The position numbers and the translations under genes are program-made. A stretch of DNA of 58,346 bases from the IMG/VR virus record IMGVR_UViG_3300020477_000025, positions 1 to 58,346 of that record; one strand, 5' to 3'. Source of the stretch: a virus. Lineage: Duplodnaviria > Caudoviricetes. Position 1 is the stretch's first letter. Every line of letters starts with the position of its first letter. Under the pieces are notes generated by a model. That model did not search any database and was not told the origin of the DNA. It saw only the letters and a list, made by a program, of their open reading frames with translations. This document shows positions 29,128 to 37,398 of this stretch, piece by piece.

Positions 29128-29752
29128 ACTTTACAGCGTAATACAGGGAATTTCTCAAGCGTTATCAAAAAATTATGATGGCGCTTATGAAGAGGACGGC
29201 ATGATGGATTATCATGACGGCGCCGAAAGAGATTTAGTTAAAATTGGCTTGAATAAAGAAAAGGTCGGCAATATTAATATTGATACTCGCGGTGGCTCCA
29301 TGGACGGTTTTGGGTGCCAATTTCACGGAAATCATTTAATTATTAAATATCATGGTGAAGTTAATATGAAAGACCTTCATCGGAATGGGCCCAAAAATTT
29401 TGAGGATGAAATTGAACAAACATTCGCTGACATTATTAAGTTTATAAAAAAAGAATATAAGAAAAACACAGGAAAGGCGCTTAAGCTAACCTCTGCCGGC
29501 GATGCAAAATCATTAATTCAGCGTATGTCAAATATTAGAAATTGGGTACAGTCGAGCAAACGATATAAAATTGATGGTCTAGAGGCCAACGAAGTGGAAG
29601 ATAACGAAGAAAGAGGCTCGGACTATCGCAAGGCTAATGGCGTTGAGGATGCAATTAAAAAATTCTTATCGCTCTCTTCGAAACAAAATCCGAAAAATAG
29701 ATTTAAAAAGAATCCACCGCGCCCCGGCCCGGGCGAAGTTGATAAGGGGTGA
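29117..29752 (+). CDS. Hypothetical protein immediately upstream of the terminase
   Basis: 211-aa ORF with GAGGA SD; no recognisable motif. Confidence 0.7.
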   Translation: MSNELYSVIQGISQALSKNYDGAYEEDGMMDYHDGAERDLVKIGLNKEKVGNINIDTRGGSMDGFGCQFHGNHLIIKYHGEVNMKDLHRNGPKNFEDEIEQTFADIIKFIKKEYKKNTGKALKLTSAGDAKSLIQRMSNIRNWVQSSKRYKIDGLEANEVEDNEERGSDYRKANGVEDAIKKFLSLSSKQNPKNRFKKNPPRPGPGEVDKG

Positions 29753-29763
29753 TAAAAAGTTGA

Positions 29764-31353
29764 ATGGCAAAAACATATCAATTAACAAAATCCGACATCA
29801 AGAAAGAGCTTATCAAGTGCGGTAAAGATCCAGTTTATTTTATTAATAATTATGTTAGGATAGCCCACCCTATGAGGGGGCTGATTCCCTTTGGTTTATA
29901 CCCTTTTCAAGAAGAAGTGGTAAAAGATTTTACTGATCATCGTTATAATATTATTCTCAAAGCAAGGCAGTTAGGCATATCAACAACAATTTCTGCTTAT
30001 ATTACTTGGCTTATGCTATTTCACAGAAGTAAAAATGTTGTTGTTATGGCGACAAAGTTAAGTACTGCAGCCAATCTTGTTAAAAAAACAAAGTTGGCGA
30101 TGAAATCTTTACCAGATTGGATGATGATTTCTAAGATTATTATTGATAATAGAAATTCTTTTAAGTTGGATAACGAAAGTGAAGTGAAGGCAATTTCAAC
30201 TTCGGGTGACGCTGGTCGTTCTGAGGCACTTTCTTTATTGGTTATCGACGAAGCTGCAATTATTGAAGGGCTAGATACTTTGTGGGCCGGCCTATTACCT
30301 ACGTTGTCTACTGGCGGCGATTGTATTATTGCTTCAACGCCAAAGGGTGTTGGAAACATGTTTCATAAGCTGTACAGCGAGGCAGAACAAGAGTTAAACG
30401 ACTTTAATGATATATGTCTACCATGGGATGTGCATCCCGAAAGGGATCGCGAATGGTTTGAGAAAGAATGTCGTAATATGTCAAAGCGCGAAGTTGCACA
30501 AGAACTGCAGTGCAATTTTAATATGTCGGGCGAAACGCTAATAGCTGGCGAGGATTTAGAAAAAATTAATACTGCGCTCCTTGAGCCAATGTATAAAACA
30601 GGCTTCGATCGAAATTTATGGATATGGGAAAAATTCGACGCGTCCAAGAAATATTTTTTGGTAGCAGACGTTGCCCGGGGCGATGGCCAAGATAGTTCAA
30701 CTTTTCATATTTTTAATACAGAAACAATGGAGCATGTTGCAGAGTATAAAGGCAAACTACCAATTGACATGTTCGCCCCTTTGATTTTTGAAACTAGTAA
30801 AGAATATGGCTTTTGTTTGACAGTTGTAGAAAATAATTCAATAGGGATGTCTGTTTTGGACAAATTAATAGATATGAACCATCCAAACCTTTATTATTCC
30901 AGAAAGGGAAGCCACGAGCACGTTGATCAATATTTAGCAGAACAACAAAAAACAGTTGCACCGGGATTTACTACGACAGTTAAAACGCGACCACTGGTTA
31001 TTGCCAAGCTTGAGGAACTAATTAGAAATGGAGCTATAAAAATAAAGTCAAATAGATTATATAATGAATTTAAGACATTTGTTTGGAACAACGGCAAGGC
31101 GCAGGCCATGCGCGGCTATAATGACGATTTGGTAATGGCTTGCGCAATTGCCTGTTGGATCCGCGACACGGCGTTGACGACTAACAAACAAGAGGTTGCA
31201 TATAAAAGGGCTATGTTAAATTGTTTATTCAAGACGCAGAAATCTATTAAAACAACTGTTGAAGGCATGAATGGACACAATAAAAATAAACATGTTAGGC
31301 CAGATCCAAAAAATGTGGTTCTGAACATTGGAAAGCCCTTTTTTGTAAGGTAA
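29764..31353 (+). CDS. gp17: Terminase large subunit (T4 gp17-like)
   Basis: Adenine-binding LYPFQ, Walker A KARQLGIST, Walker B LLVIDEAA, coupling motif ASTPKG, nuclease motifs ADVARGDG and NDDLVMA. Confidence 0.95.
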   Translation: MAKTYQLTKSDIKKELIKCGKDPVYFINNYVRIAHPMRGLIPFGLYPFQEEVVKDFTDHRYNIILKARQLGISTTISAYITWLMLFHRSKNVVVMATKLSTAANLVKKTKLAMKSLPDWMMISKIIIDNRNSFKLDNESEVKAISTSGDAGRSEALSLLVIDEAAIIEGLDTLWAGLLPTLSTGGDCIIASTPKGVGNMFHKLYSEAEQELNDFNDICLPWDVHPERDREWFEKECRNMSKREVAQELQCNFNMSGETLIAGEDLEKINTALLEPMYKTGFDRNLWIWEKFDASKKYFLVADVARGDGQDSSTFHIFNTETMEHVAEYKGKLPIDMFAPLIFETSKEYGFCLTVVENNSIGMSVLDKLIDMNHPNLYYSRKGSHEHVDQYLAEQQKTVAPGFTTTVKTRPLVIAKLEELIRNGAIKIKSNRLYNEFKTFVWNNGKAQAMRGYNDDLVMACAIACWIRDTALTTNKQEVAYKRAMLNCLFKTQKSIKTTVEGMNGHNKNKHVRPDPKNVVLNIGKPFFVR

Positions 31354-31359
31354 AAAATA

Positions 31360-33468
31360 ATGGCGTACAGAAATTTAAGAAACAATAGAAGAAATCATGG
31401 AAACAATCCTGATAACCCAAACTCAACTTTGTTTAAAAAGTTGACGAGGTTATTTTCGGGACCAATTATTAATTACCGGCAACAGCACGCCAGAAAGCTA
31501 AGAAGGCACAAGCTGGATAAATATGCTTCTACCTTTAAAAGTGCCAGCGGCCAACAGTTTAAGAAAAAAACATATAACCCATATGACCATGTTATGACAG
31601 GGATGATGAAGCAGCAGCATCGTTCTGAGCGATATGGTGATTTCGATCAGATGGAGTTCACCCCGGAGCTAGCCTCTGCTATGGATATATATGCTGATGA
31701 AATTACCACACACACTCAGTTTAGTAAAGTTTTAAAGATCGAGTGCCCCAACGAAGAAATCAAAAATATTTTAGAAACTTTATATTACCAAGTGTTAAAT
31801 ATTGAATTCAATCTTTTTGGTTGGGCTAGAACTTTATGTAAGTATGGGGACTTCTTTCTTTATTTAGATATTGATGATAAAATTGGCATTAAGAGCGCCA
31901 TTGGCTTACCATCTGCCGAAATAGAGAGGATGGAAGGCGAAGACCCAACCAATCCAAACTATGTTCAGTTTCAATGGAATTCTGCTGCAATGACGTTGGA
32001 AAATTGGCAAGTTGCTCACTTTAGGGTACTTGGAAATGATAAATATGCACCATATGGCACCAGCGTACTTGATCCGGCGCGGAGGATTTGGAGGCAAATG
32101 ACTCTATTGGAGGACGCGATGATGGCTTATCGAATCGTTCGCGCTCCTGACCGCCGCGTCTTCTATATTGATGTTGGTGGAATTCCCCCCGAGGAAGTTG
32201 AACAGTTTGTTGAAAAAGCAATGACACAGATGAGAAGGCACAATGTTGTCGACGCTAGCACCGGAAAGGTAGACTTAAGATATAACCCTGCTTCCATAGA
32301 AGAGGACTTTTGGATCCCAGTTCGCGGCGGAACCAGCGGAACAAAGATAGAGAACCTTGGCGGCCAGCAGAGAACTGGTGATATTGATGATGTTAAATAT
32401 TTAAGAGACAAATTGTTTGCAGCAATTAAAATTCCAATGTCTTACCTGATTCGCGGCGAGGGCGGCGAGGAAGACAAGACTTCGCTGGCGCAAAAAGATA
32501 TACGCTTTGCAAGAACTATTCAAAGATTACAACGCTCGATAATATCTGAATTAGAAAAAATTGCGATTGTTCACCTTTATACTCTTGGGTATAAAGGACA
32601 CGATTTAGTTTCTTTTAAGCTACACCTACACAATCCTTCAAAAATTGCTGAACTACAAGAAATCGAACATTGGACACAGAAACTCAATGTTGTTGCCGCG
32701 GCCACAGAACAAATCTTCAGCAGAAGGTGGGTAGCACAAAATATTTTAAATATTTCAGACGAAGAGTTTGTACGCTGCCAAAGAGAGCGATTCTATGACA
32801 AAAAAGTTGATCAAATGATTGAAAAAGCAGCAGAAGCTGTAGCTGGTTCTGCCGGGGCACTGAGTGCAGCATCTGAGATGGGTGGAGTCCAAGCGGCCAC
32901 TGGCATAACTGCAAAAGATGACGCTGAAGCCGAAGAGGGCCTTGAGGGTGGAGAAGCCGACTTAGGCGGCGAAGCTGGCCTCGCCGGCCTAGGCGCTGAA
33001 GCACCCGGTGAAACCCCCGGTGCTGCCCCGGCTGAAGTTACACCACCCGCCGGCGGCGAAGAGGAGGGCGTACTTATGGCAGCACCCGCTGCTGCCGCGG
33101 CAACGCCACCACCCGGTAAAAGAGATGATGGTGATTCATGGATTAGAGTTTCTAAAAAAGATATAATGGGTCAAAAGCACACAACAACACCCAGAGCCAA
33201 AGGCAAGTGGCATAAACCGGTGTCCGTAGATCAAAGGCGATCAGCCGCAAGAAGAAAAAATATGATGGCTCAGGCCGGCCCTGCGCAGTTTGGAAGGCGC
33301 GGCATTGGTGTGGATGTTTTTGATCGACTAGCTCGCGGTATTGTTTCAGAAAACGAGTCTAATTACATTGATGATAAAGTTGAAGAAGAGCTTTTTCAAA
33401 CCAATGCAGAAGTAAAAATGTTAATAGAAAGTCTGGAGAAGAAAGCTAATGAAACTCAAACACAATAA
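31360..33468 (+). CDS. gp20: Portal vertex protein (T4 gp20-like) with long C-terminal extension
   Basis: LLEDAMMAYRIVRAPDRRVFYIDVG, EDFWIPVRGG and DIDDVKYLRDKLFAAIKIP are gp20-family motifs; follows the terminase. Confidence 0.93.
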   Translation: MAYRNLRNNRRNHGNNPDNPNSTLFKKLTRLFSGPIINYRQQHARKLRRHKLDKYASTFKSASGQQFKKKTYNPYDHVMTGMMKQQHRSERYGDFDQMEFTPELASAMDIYADEITTHTQFSKVLKIECPNEEIKNILETLYYQVLNIEFNLFGWARTLCKYGDFFLYLDIDDKIGIKSAIGLPSAEIERMEGEDPTNPNYVQFQWNSAAMTLENWQVAHFRVLGNDKYAPYGTSVLDPARRIWRQMTLLEDAMMAYRIVRAPDRRVFYIDVGGIPPEEVEQFVEKAMTQMRRHNVVDASTGKVDLRYNPASIEEDFWIPVRGGTSGTKIENLGGQQRTGDIDDVKYLRDKLFAAIKIPMSYLIRGEGGEEDKTSLAQKDIRFARTIQRLQRSIISELEKIAIVHLYTLGYKGHDLVSFKLHLHNPSKIAELQEIEHWTQKLNVVAAATEQIFSRRWVAQNILNISDEEFVRCQRERFYDKKVDQMIEKAAEAVAGSAGALSAASEMGGVQAATGITAKDDAEAEEGLEGGEADLGGEAGLAGLGAEAPGETPGAAPAEVTPPAGGEEEGVLMAAPAAAAATPPPGKRDDGDSWIRVSKKDIMGQKHTTTPRAKGKWHKPVSVDQRRSAARRKNMMAQAGPAQFGRRGIGVDVFDRLARGIVSENESNYIDDKVEEELFQTNAEVKMLIESLEKKANETQTQ

Positions 33469-34279
33469 AAGAAGAAATACAGCGTTTTTGTACGAAGTGC
33501 TTGTTAAGGAATTGACGAGAGCAACAATACAAAGTGACAAAAAGAAAAAGCAAATTATTGTACAGACTCTTAAAGAATTTTTTAATAAAAATTCTATTTT
33601 AGGCAAAGAACTTGAAATTTATAAAGTGCTAAACGAGACTTTTTCACTTAGAGAAAGAGACGCAGAAAAACTATTATCTGAAGTGAAGAGGATGTATAAG
33701 AGCACACTTAATCCCGAAGGGATTTATTCTGCGCAGTCCAAACTCATTTCTAAAATTAATAAAGATATTTCAATAAATGCTTTTTCAAATTTTGTACCAA
33801 ACTATAAAAGCTTGGCGAGCATATTTCAAATTTTTAATGAAAACACACCAGTTAAAAGCAAAATTTTGATGGAGAGGCGAATAATAAAAAGGATGTCGTC
33901 AAGAAAGCACGAGGTAGAAAGGGAAAATAGACAAGTATCAAACACAACTGTGAAAATTTTTGCCAAAAAATTCAATGATGTATATGGTGATTTGTTGAGC
34001 GAACAAAAAGAATTGTTATCTAAGTTTGTTTCTTCCGTTGGTGATAATGGTTTAGAATTAAAAATGTTTTTAAATGAAGAAATAGCTAGACTTAAAAAAG
34101 AAATAGCAGAATCACTTGGAACAGAAGAAATAAAAAAAGATTCAGAAATGCTAGCGAAAACAAAAAATGTATTAAAGCTTTTAAACAATTTTAAGGGACA
34201 ACATATAACGGAGAGCGTTCTTGCAAGGGTGCTAAAAATACAGAAACTAGCCAACGAGTTTAAATTAAATGAAAAATAA
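33449..34279 (+). CDS. Hypothetical head-module protein
   Basis: 276-aa helical ORF overlapping the portal end; GGAG SD. Confidence 0.7.
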   Translation: MKLKHNKRRNTAFLYEVLVKELTRATIQSDKKKKQIIVQTLKEFFNKNSILGKELEIYKVLNETFSLRERDAEKLLSEVKRMYKSTLNPEGIYSAQSKLISKINKDISINAFSNFVPNYKSLASIFQIFNENTPVKSKILMERRIIKRMSSRKHEVERENRQVSNTTVKIFAKKFNDVYGDLLSEQKELLSKFVSSVGDNGLELKMFLNEEIARLKKEIAESLGTEEIKKDSEMLAKTKNVLKLLNNFKGQHITESVLARVLKIQKLANEFKLNEK

Positions 34280-34931
34280 ACAAAAAGTAAAACAACTTGT
34301 AGACGAGCAAATAAGAGTTGTCGTTAGTAGTTTAGAACCCGAAAGGGGGCCAATACGTGTTCGTGTTGCCAGCCCACCACCACCGGACCCGCCGCTTAAA
34401 TTGAAGGTCGGATTAGATCCGGATGCTGAAATTAAATTAAAAATTAGAGAACCAATCAAGGTATACCTTAAAATTCGCAGCACGCTCGGTGGCGATTACA
34501 TGATTTTCGATCACCCACTTTATGATATCGCAATCATGCCGGGTAAAAATAAAATTGTTACTTTCGTTCGCGACGATGCGCATTTTAATCCCTATCCGTC
34601 ACAAAATAAGTTTTTTAATTTTTTGCGGTTTAAGGGTATAATAATGCCAGACACTGTACAGGCTGGAAATGTATACGGTTCGCTAGAGGCGATGTATCCC
34701 GTTAATGATAAAGTAGATACTGTTGAGGTTATTTTGTTGGCAATTCATGATTTTCTAAAGAAAGAAACCCCAGAAATAATGGCTGCACTTGATTATGAAA
34801 TAAATGTGGAAGATACATATACAGACCCAGATGAGGAAGACGCAACTGAGCTTGGCGAAGTACCTCACGAAGACAAAAAGGGAAGTATTGACCCCAACTA
34901 CAAGAATTATCAGATAATTTATAGGATTTAG
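34269..34931 (+). CDS. Hypothetical protein
   Basis: 220-aa ORF in the head cluster with an acidic C-terminus. Confidence 0.7.
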   Translation: MKNKQKVKQLVDEQIRVVVSSLEPERGPIRVRVASPPPPDPPLKLKVGLDPDAEIKLKIREPIKVYLKIRSTLGGDYMIFDHPLYDIAIMPGKNKIVTFVRDDAHFNPYPSQNKFFNFLRFKGIIMPDTVQAGNVYGSLEAMYPVNDKVDTVEVILLAIHDFLKKETPEIMAALDYEINVEDTYTDPDEEDATELGEVPHEDKKGSIDPNYKNYQIIYRI

Positions 34932-34939
34932 GAGATTTT

Positions 34940-35236
34940 ATGGATATACTTTGGTTCATTTTATCCGCCTACGGCTTAACACAAATTTTAGTTTATGGTT
35001 CGATTTTTAAAAAAATAAGACCAGAAAAGGGTTTTTTTGGGGAACTGTTCCATTGCCCAATGTGTTTGGGCTTTTGGGTGGGCGTATTTCTTTACGGAAT
35101 TTCTTTTTACACAGAACTATTTACATTTGAGCTTAATTTGACAAACCCACTTATTTTGGGTAGTTTAAGTTCTGGTACATCATACGCTTTAAGTATGTTA
35201 TTTGGAGATGAGGGAATCAATGTTAAAAGGAATTAA
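34940..35236 (+). CDS. Small membrane protein with CxxC (DUF1360-like)
   Basis: Three hydrophobic segments; ELFHCPMCLGFWVG matches my recollection of the DUF1360 CxxC-x2-[FV]W pattern; AGGAG SD. Confidence 0.6.
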   Translation: MDILWFILSAYGLTQILVYGSIFKKIRPEKGFFGELFHCPMCLGFWVGVFLYGISFYTELFTFELNLTNPLILGSLSSGTSYALSMLFGDEGINVKRN

Positions 35237-35330
35237 TATTTTTGTTGATAATCATTGGATGCTACAACCACCTCGGCTTTGTAAAGGCGGATGCTGTATC
35301 ATGCGGGTAACGCCCGCAGGAATTAAATAA
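35220..35330 (+). CDS. Unannotated 36-aa Cys-containing micro-ORF (MLKGINIFVDNHWMLQPPRLCKGGCCIMRVTPAGIK)
   Basis: My own translation. GAGGG SD before ATG 35220; its TAA abuts the next ATG at 35331; it fills the gap exactly. Confidence 0.55.
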   Translation: MLKGINIFVDNHWMLQPPRLCKGGCCIMRVTPAGIK

Positions 35331-35540
35331 ATGAAGATAACTGTTAAAAAATTAAAACAAATTATTAAAGAAGAGATGGTCGCAGTGGGGGATCTTAACG
35401 TTACTATCGATTCCGCCACTGCCAGAAAATCTGTTGAAGATATTGATGCAGAGACTATAAAAGCAGCTATTTTGAAAATGGCTGACGACGACCTGATTTC
35501 TCAACTGGCCATTAAGTTACAAGGTATTAAATCACAATGA
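35331..35540 (+). CDS. Small putative internal head protein
   Basis: N-terminal MKITVKKLKQIIKEEM motif; directly upstream of the prohead protease. Confidence 0.6.
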   Translation: MKITVKKLKQIIKEEMVAVGDLNVTIDSATARKSVEDIDAETIKAAILKMADDDLISQLAIKLQGIKSQ

Positions 35541-36160
35541 ATAAACAAGTGCTCTTACAGGAATATTATGCTTTATGCGAAGGCGGCGTTTGCCAAGATC
35601 TTCTCACTGAGCGTGAAAAGCAGGAAATGCGTGATGGTACCGCCCTTTATTTGACTGGTATTATGCAAAGGGCTGATGCAAAAAATGGCAATGGTAGAGT
35701 TTACTCTTTAGATATCTTAAAACGAGAAGCAAAAAATTATATGAAACTCATTAGGGAAAATAGAGCCTTGGGAGAGTTGGATCATCCAGAAAGCTCTATT
35801 GTAAATTTGCAAAACTGTTCTCATCTTGTAACTGAGCTTTGGTTTAACGGCGACGACATGATGGGTAAAATTAAAGCCTTGAGCACACCATCTGGTGAAA
35901 TTTTGAAATCTTTGGTAAAGAGCGGGGTACAAGTTGGAATATCATCAAGAGGGCTGGGGTCTGTAGAGGAAAGAGGCGGCCATACATACGTTCAAGATGA
36001 TTTTCAGCTTATTTGTTTTGATATTGTTGCCGACCCTTCAACCAAGGGTGCGTTTATGAAGCCGACTGCAACTATGAAAGAAAGTAAAGAATTTATGAAA
36101 CGTATTTTTACAAAAGCAGACCGTGTTAATCGTATTTTAAATGATATTTTAGAGGATTGA
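35537..36160 (+). CDS. gp21: Prohead core protein protease (T4 gp21-like)
   Basis: Family motifs NGNGRVYS, ALGELDHP, SHLV, GISSRGLGS and FDIVADPST. Confidence 0.95.
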   Translation: MNKQVLLQEYYALCEGGVCQDLLTEREKQEMRDGTALYLTGIMQRADAKNGNGRVYSLDILKREAKNYMKLIRENRALGELDHPESSIVNLQNCSHLVTELWFNGDDMMGKIKALSTPSGEILKSLVKSGVQVGISSRGLGSVEERGGHTYVQDDFQLICFDIVADPSTKGAFMKPTATMKESKEFMKRIFTKADRVNRILNDILED

Positions 36161-36591
36161 TGATGAAGCGCAGCGAATTTAAAAATAAAATAAAACCCAT
36201 TATAGAAGAGTGTATTAAAGAAATACTTTTTGAGGAAGGCATCCTTTCTGGTATAATTGCTGAAGTGATAAGGGGCACAAAAAGTAACGTTGTTTACGAA
36301 TCTAGACATAATGAGGCAGAAATAAACAAAGAAAAAGAAAAAGTGACCGAAGAAAGAAAAGAAATTAAAAGAAAATCTAGCGAGTCAAGAAAAAAATTAT
36401 TGGATGCGATAGGAAAAGATGCTTTTAATGGTGTTAATCTTTTTGAGGGAACAGAACCAATGCGAGGCGGTGCTGCTAAGGACGGCGCTGCCCCGCAGTC
36501 GCCCTTGGCTAATATGGCCCCTAACGACCCGGGCATTGACATTTCAAATATTCCCGGCGTAAACGTCTGGAAACACCTAATTAAAGAGTAG
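36157..36591 (+). CDS. Hypothetical head-module protein
   Basis: 144 aa; N-terminal IKPIIEECIKEILFEE; lies between the protease and bS21. Confidence 0.65.
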   Translation: MMMKRSEFKNKIKPIIEECIKEILFEEGILSGIIAEVIRGTKSNVVYESRHNEAEINKEKEKVTEERKEIKRKSSESRKKLLDAIGKDAFNGVNLFEGTEPMRGGAAKDGAAPQSPLANMAPNDPGIDISNIPGVNVWKHLIKE

Positions 36592-36597
36592 TACGTT

Positions 36598-36795
36598 ATG
36601 AAAAGAGGACATGTAAAAGTAGAAGCTAGGCGAAACGAACCATTTGAAAAAATGTTAAAAAGATTTGTAAAAATAGTCAGGAAGGAAAGAATAATTGAAG
36701 AGGCCAGAGAGAGAATGTATTATGAAAAGCCCTCTGATAAAAAAAGACGCCTTAGAAAAAGAAGAAGAACACAAACTAAAGCACAAACTAAATAA
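36598..36795 (+). CDS. rpsU: Phage-encoded 30S ribosomal protein bS21
   Basis: 65-aa basic protein with V..R.NEPFEKMLKRF.K.V...I..E.R.R.YYEKPS.KKR, the bS21 pattern. Confidence 0.88.
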   Translation: MKRGHVKVEARRNEPFEKMLKRFVKIVRKERIIEEARERMYYEKPSDKKRRLRKRRRTQTKAQTK

Positions 36796-36799
36796 ATTA

Positions 36800-36807
36800 A
36801 CTATTTA
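36800..36807 (+). promoter_or_regulatory. Putative late promoter (ACTATTTA)
   Basis: Exact motif 21 nt before ATG 36829. Confidence 0.6.
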
Positions 36808-36828
36808 TAAGAGCAAGGAAAAGCAACT

Positions 36829-37320
36829 ATGACATTACCATCAGCATTATACGACCAAAGATTAAAAGCGTCTCACACTCGCACACGTCGGCCGCTCTCA
36901 CTGTATTATACTGAGGCTGTGCCATCAGGTAGTCAAGATATTCCTAGTGAAACATGCGTCGTTACGACATGTGCTTCCGGCGATCTTGAAGATGCTTTAA
37001 ATGCCCCTGAAGCCGGCGCAAATGGGTACGCCACTGGCAACGCTTCGCATCTTCATATACAAATTAATAATAATGATACAAATGAAAATTTGACTTTGTA
37101 CGCTTATAATTATGTTTTTAAATCATGGGCGCCGATATATCTTCCTATGGGTCAAAATCAAGCAACAACAGATGCATCTTTTGTTGCTGCCACTTGGGCC
37201 ACAATTGACGGGGCAAAACATGTGACTGTTCCAATTTATGGAATTGATAGAATTGCATTTGTACATGGCAGCAGCGTCGACGCACATTATATGATCAAGG
37301 CAGCAGTTAGCACATTCTAG
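36829..37320 (+). CDS. Hypothetical virion protein (beta-rich)
   Basis: 163 aa with its own late promoter and AAGGA SD, in the head cluster. Confidence 0.6.
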   Translation: MTLPSALYDQRLKASHTRTRRPLSLYYTEAVPSGSQDIPSETCVVTTCASGDLEDALNAPEAGANGYATGNASHLHIQINNNDTNENLTLYAYNYVFKSWAPIYLPMGQNQATTDASFVAATWATIDGAKHVTVPIYGIDRIAFVHGSSVDAHYMIKAAVSTF

Positions 37321-37359
37321 ATATCGCACTGCGTTCTGTGTCGTTTTAGTTTTTATAAT

Positions 37360-37367
37360 ACTATTTA
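37360..37367 (+). promoter_or_regulatory. Putative late promoter for scaffold and capsid genes (ACTATTTA)
   Basis: Exact motif preceded by CGTTTT and followed by an AGGAG SD and ATG 37399. Confidence 0.65.
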
Positions 37368-37398
37368 TTGATAGCTATAGTTATCAGGAGAGTATTCT

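Noticed and set aside
29117-29752. Small terminase subunit call for the gene upstream of TerL
   Set aside because: Only position supports it; no gp16-like sequence features were recognised.
29764-31353. Intein or intron in the terminase (a common insertion target)
   Set aside because: The 529-aa length and motif spacing are normal, with no intein splice-junction motifs or LAGLIDADG blocks.
35280-35318. An active selenoprotein gene in this genome
   Set aside because: No in-frame UGA precedes the hairpin; only a relic or homolog-based hypothesis remains, recorded under findings.
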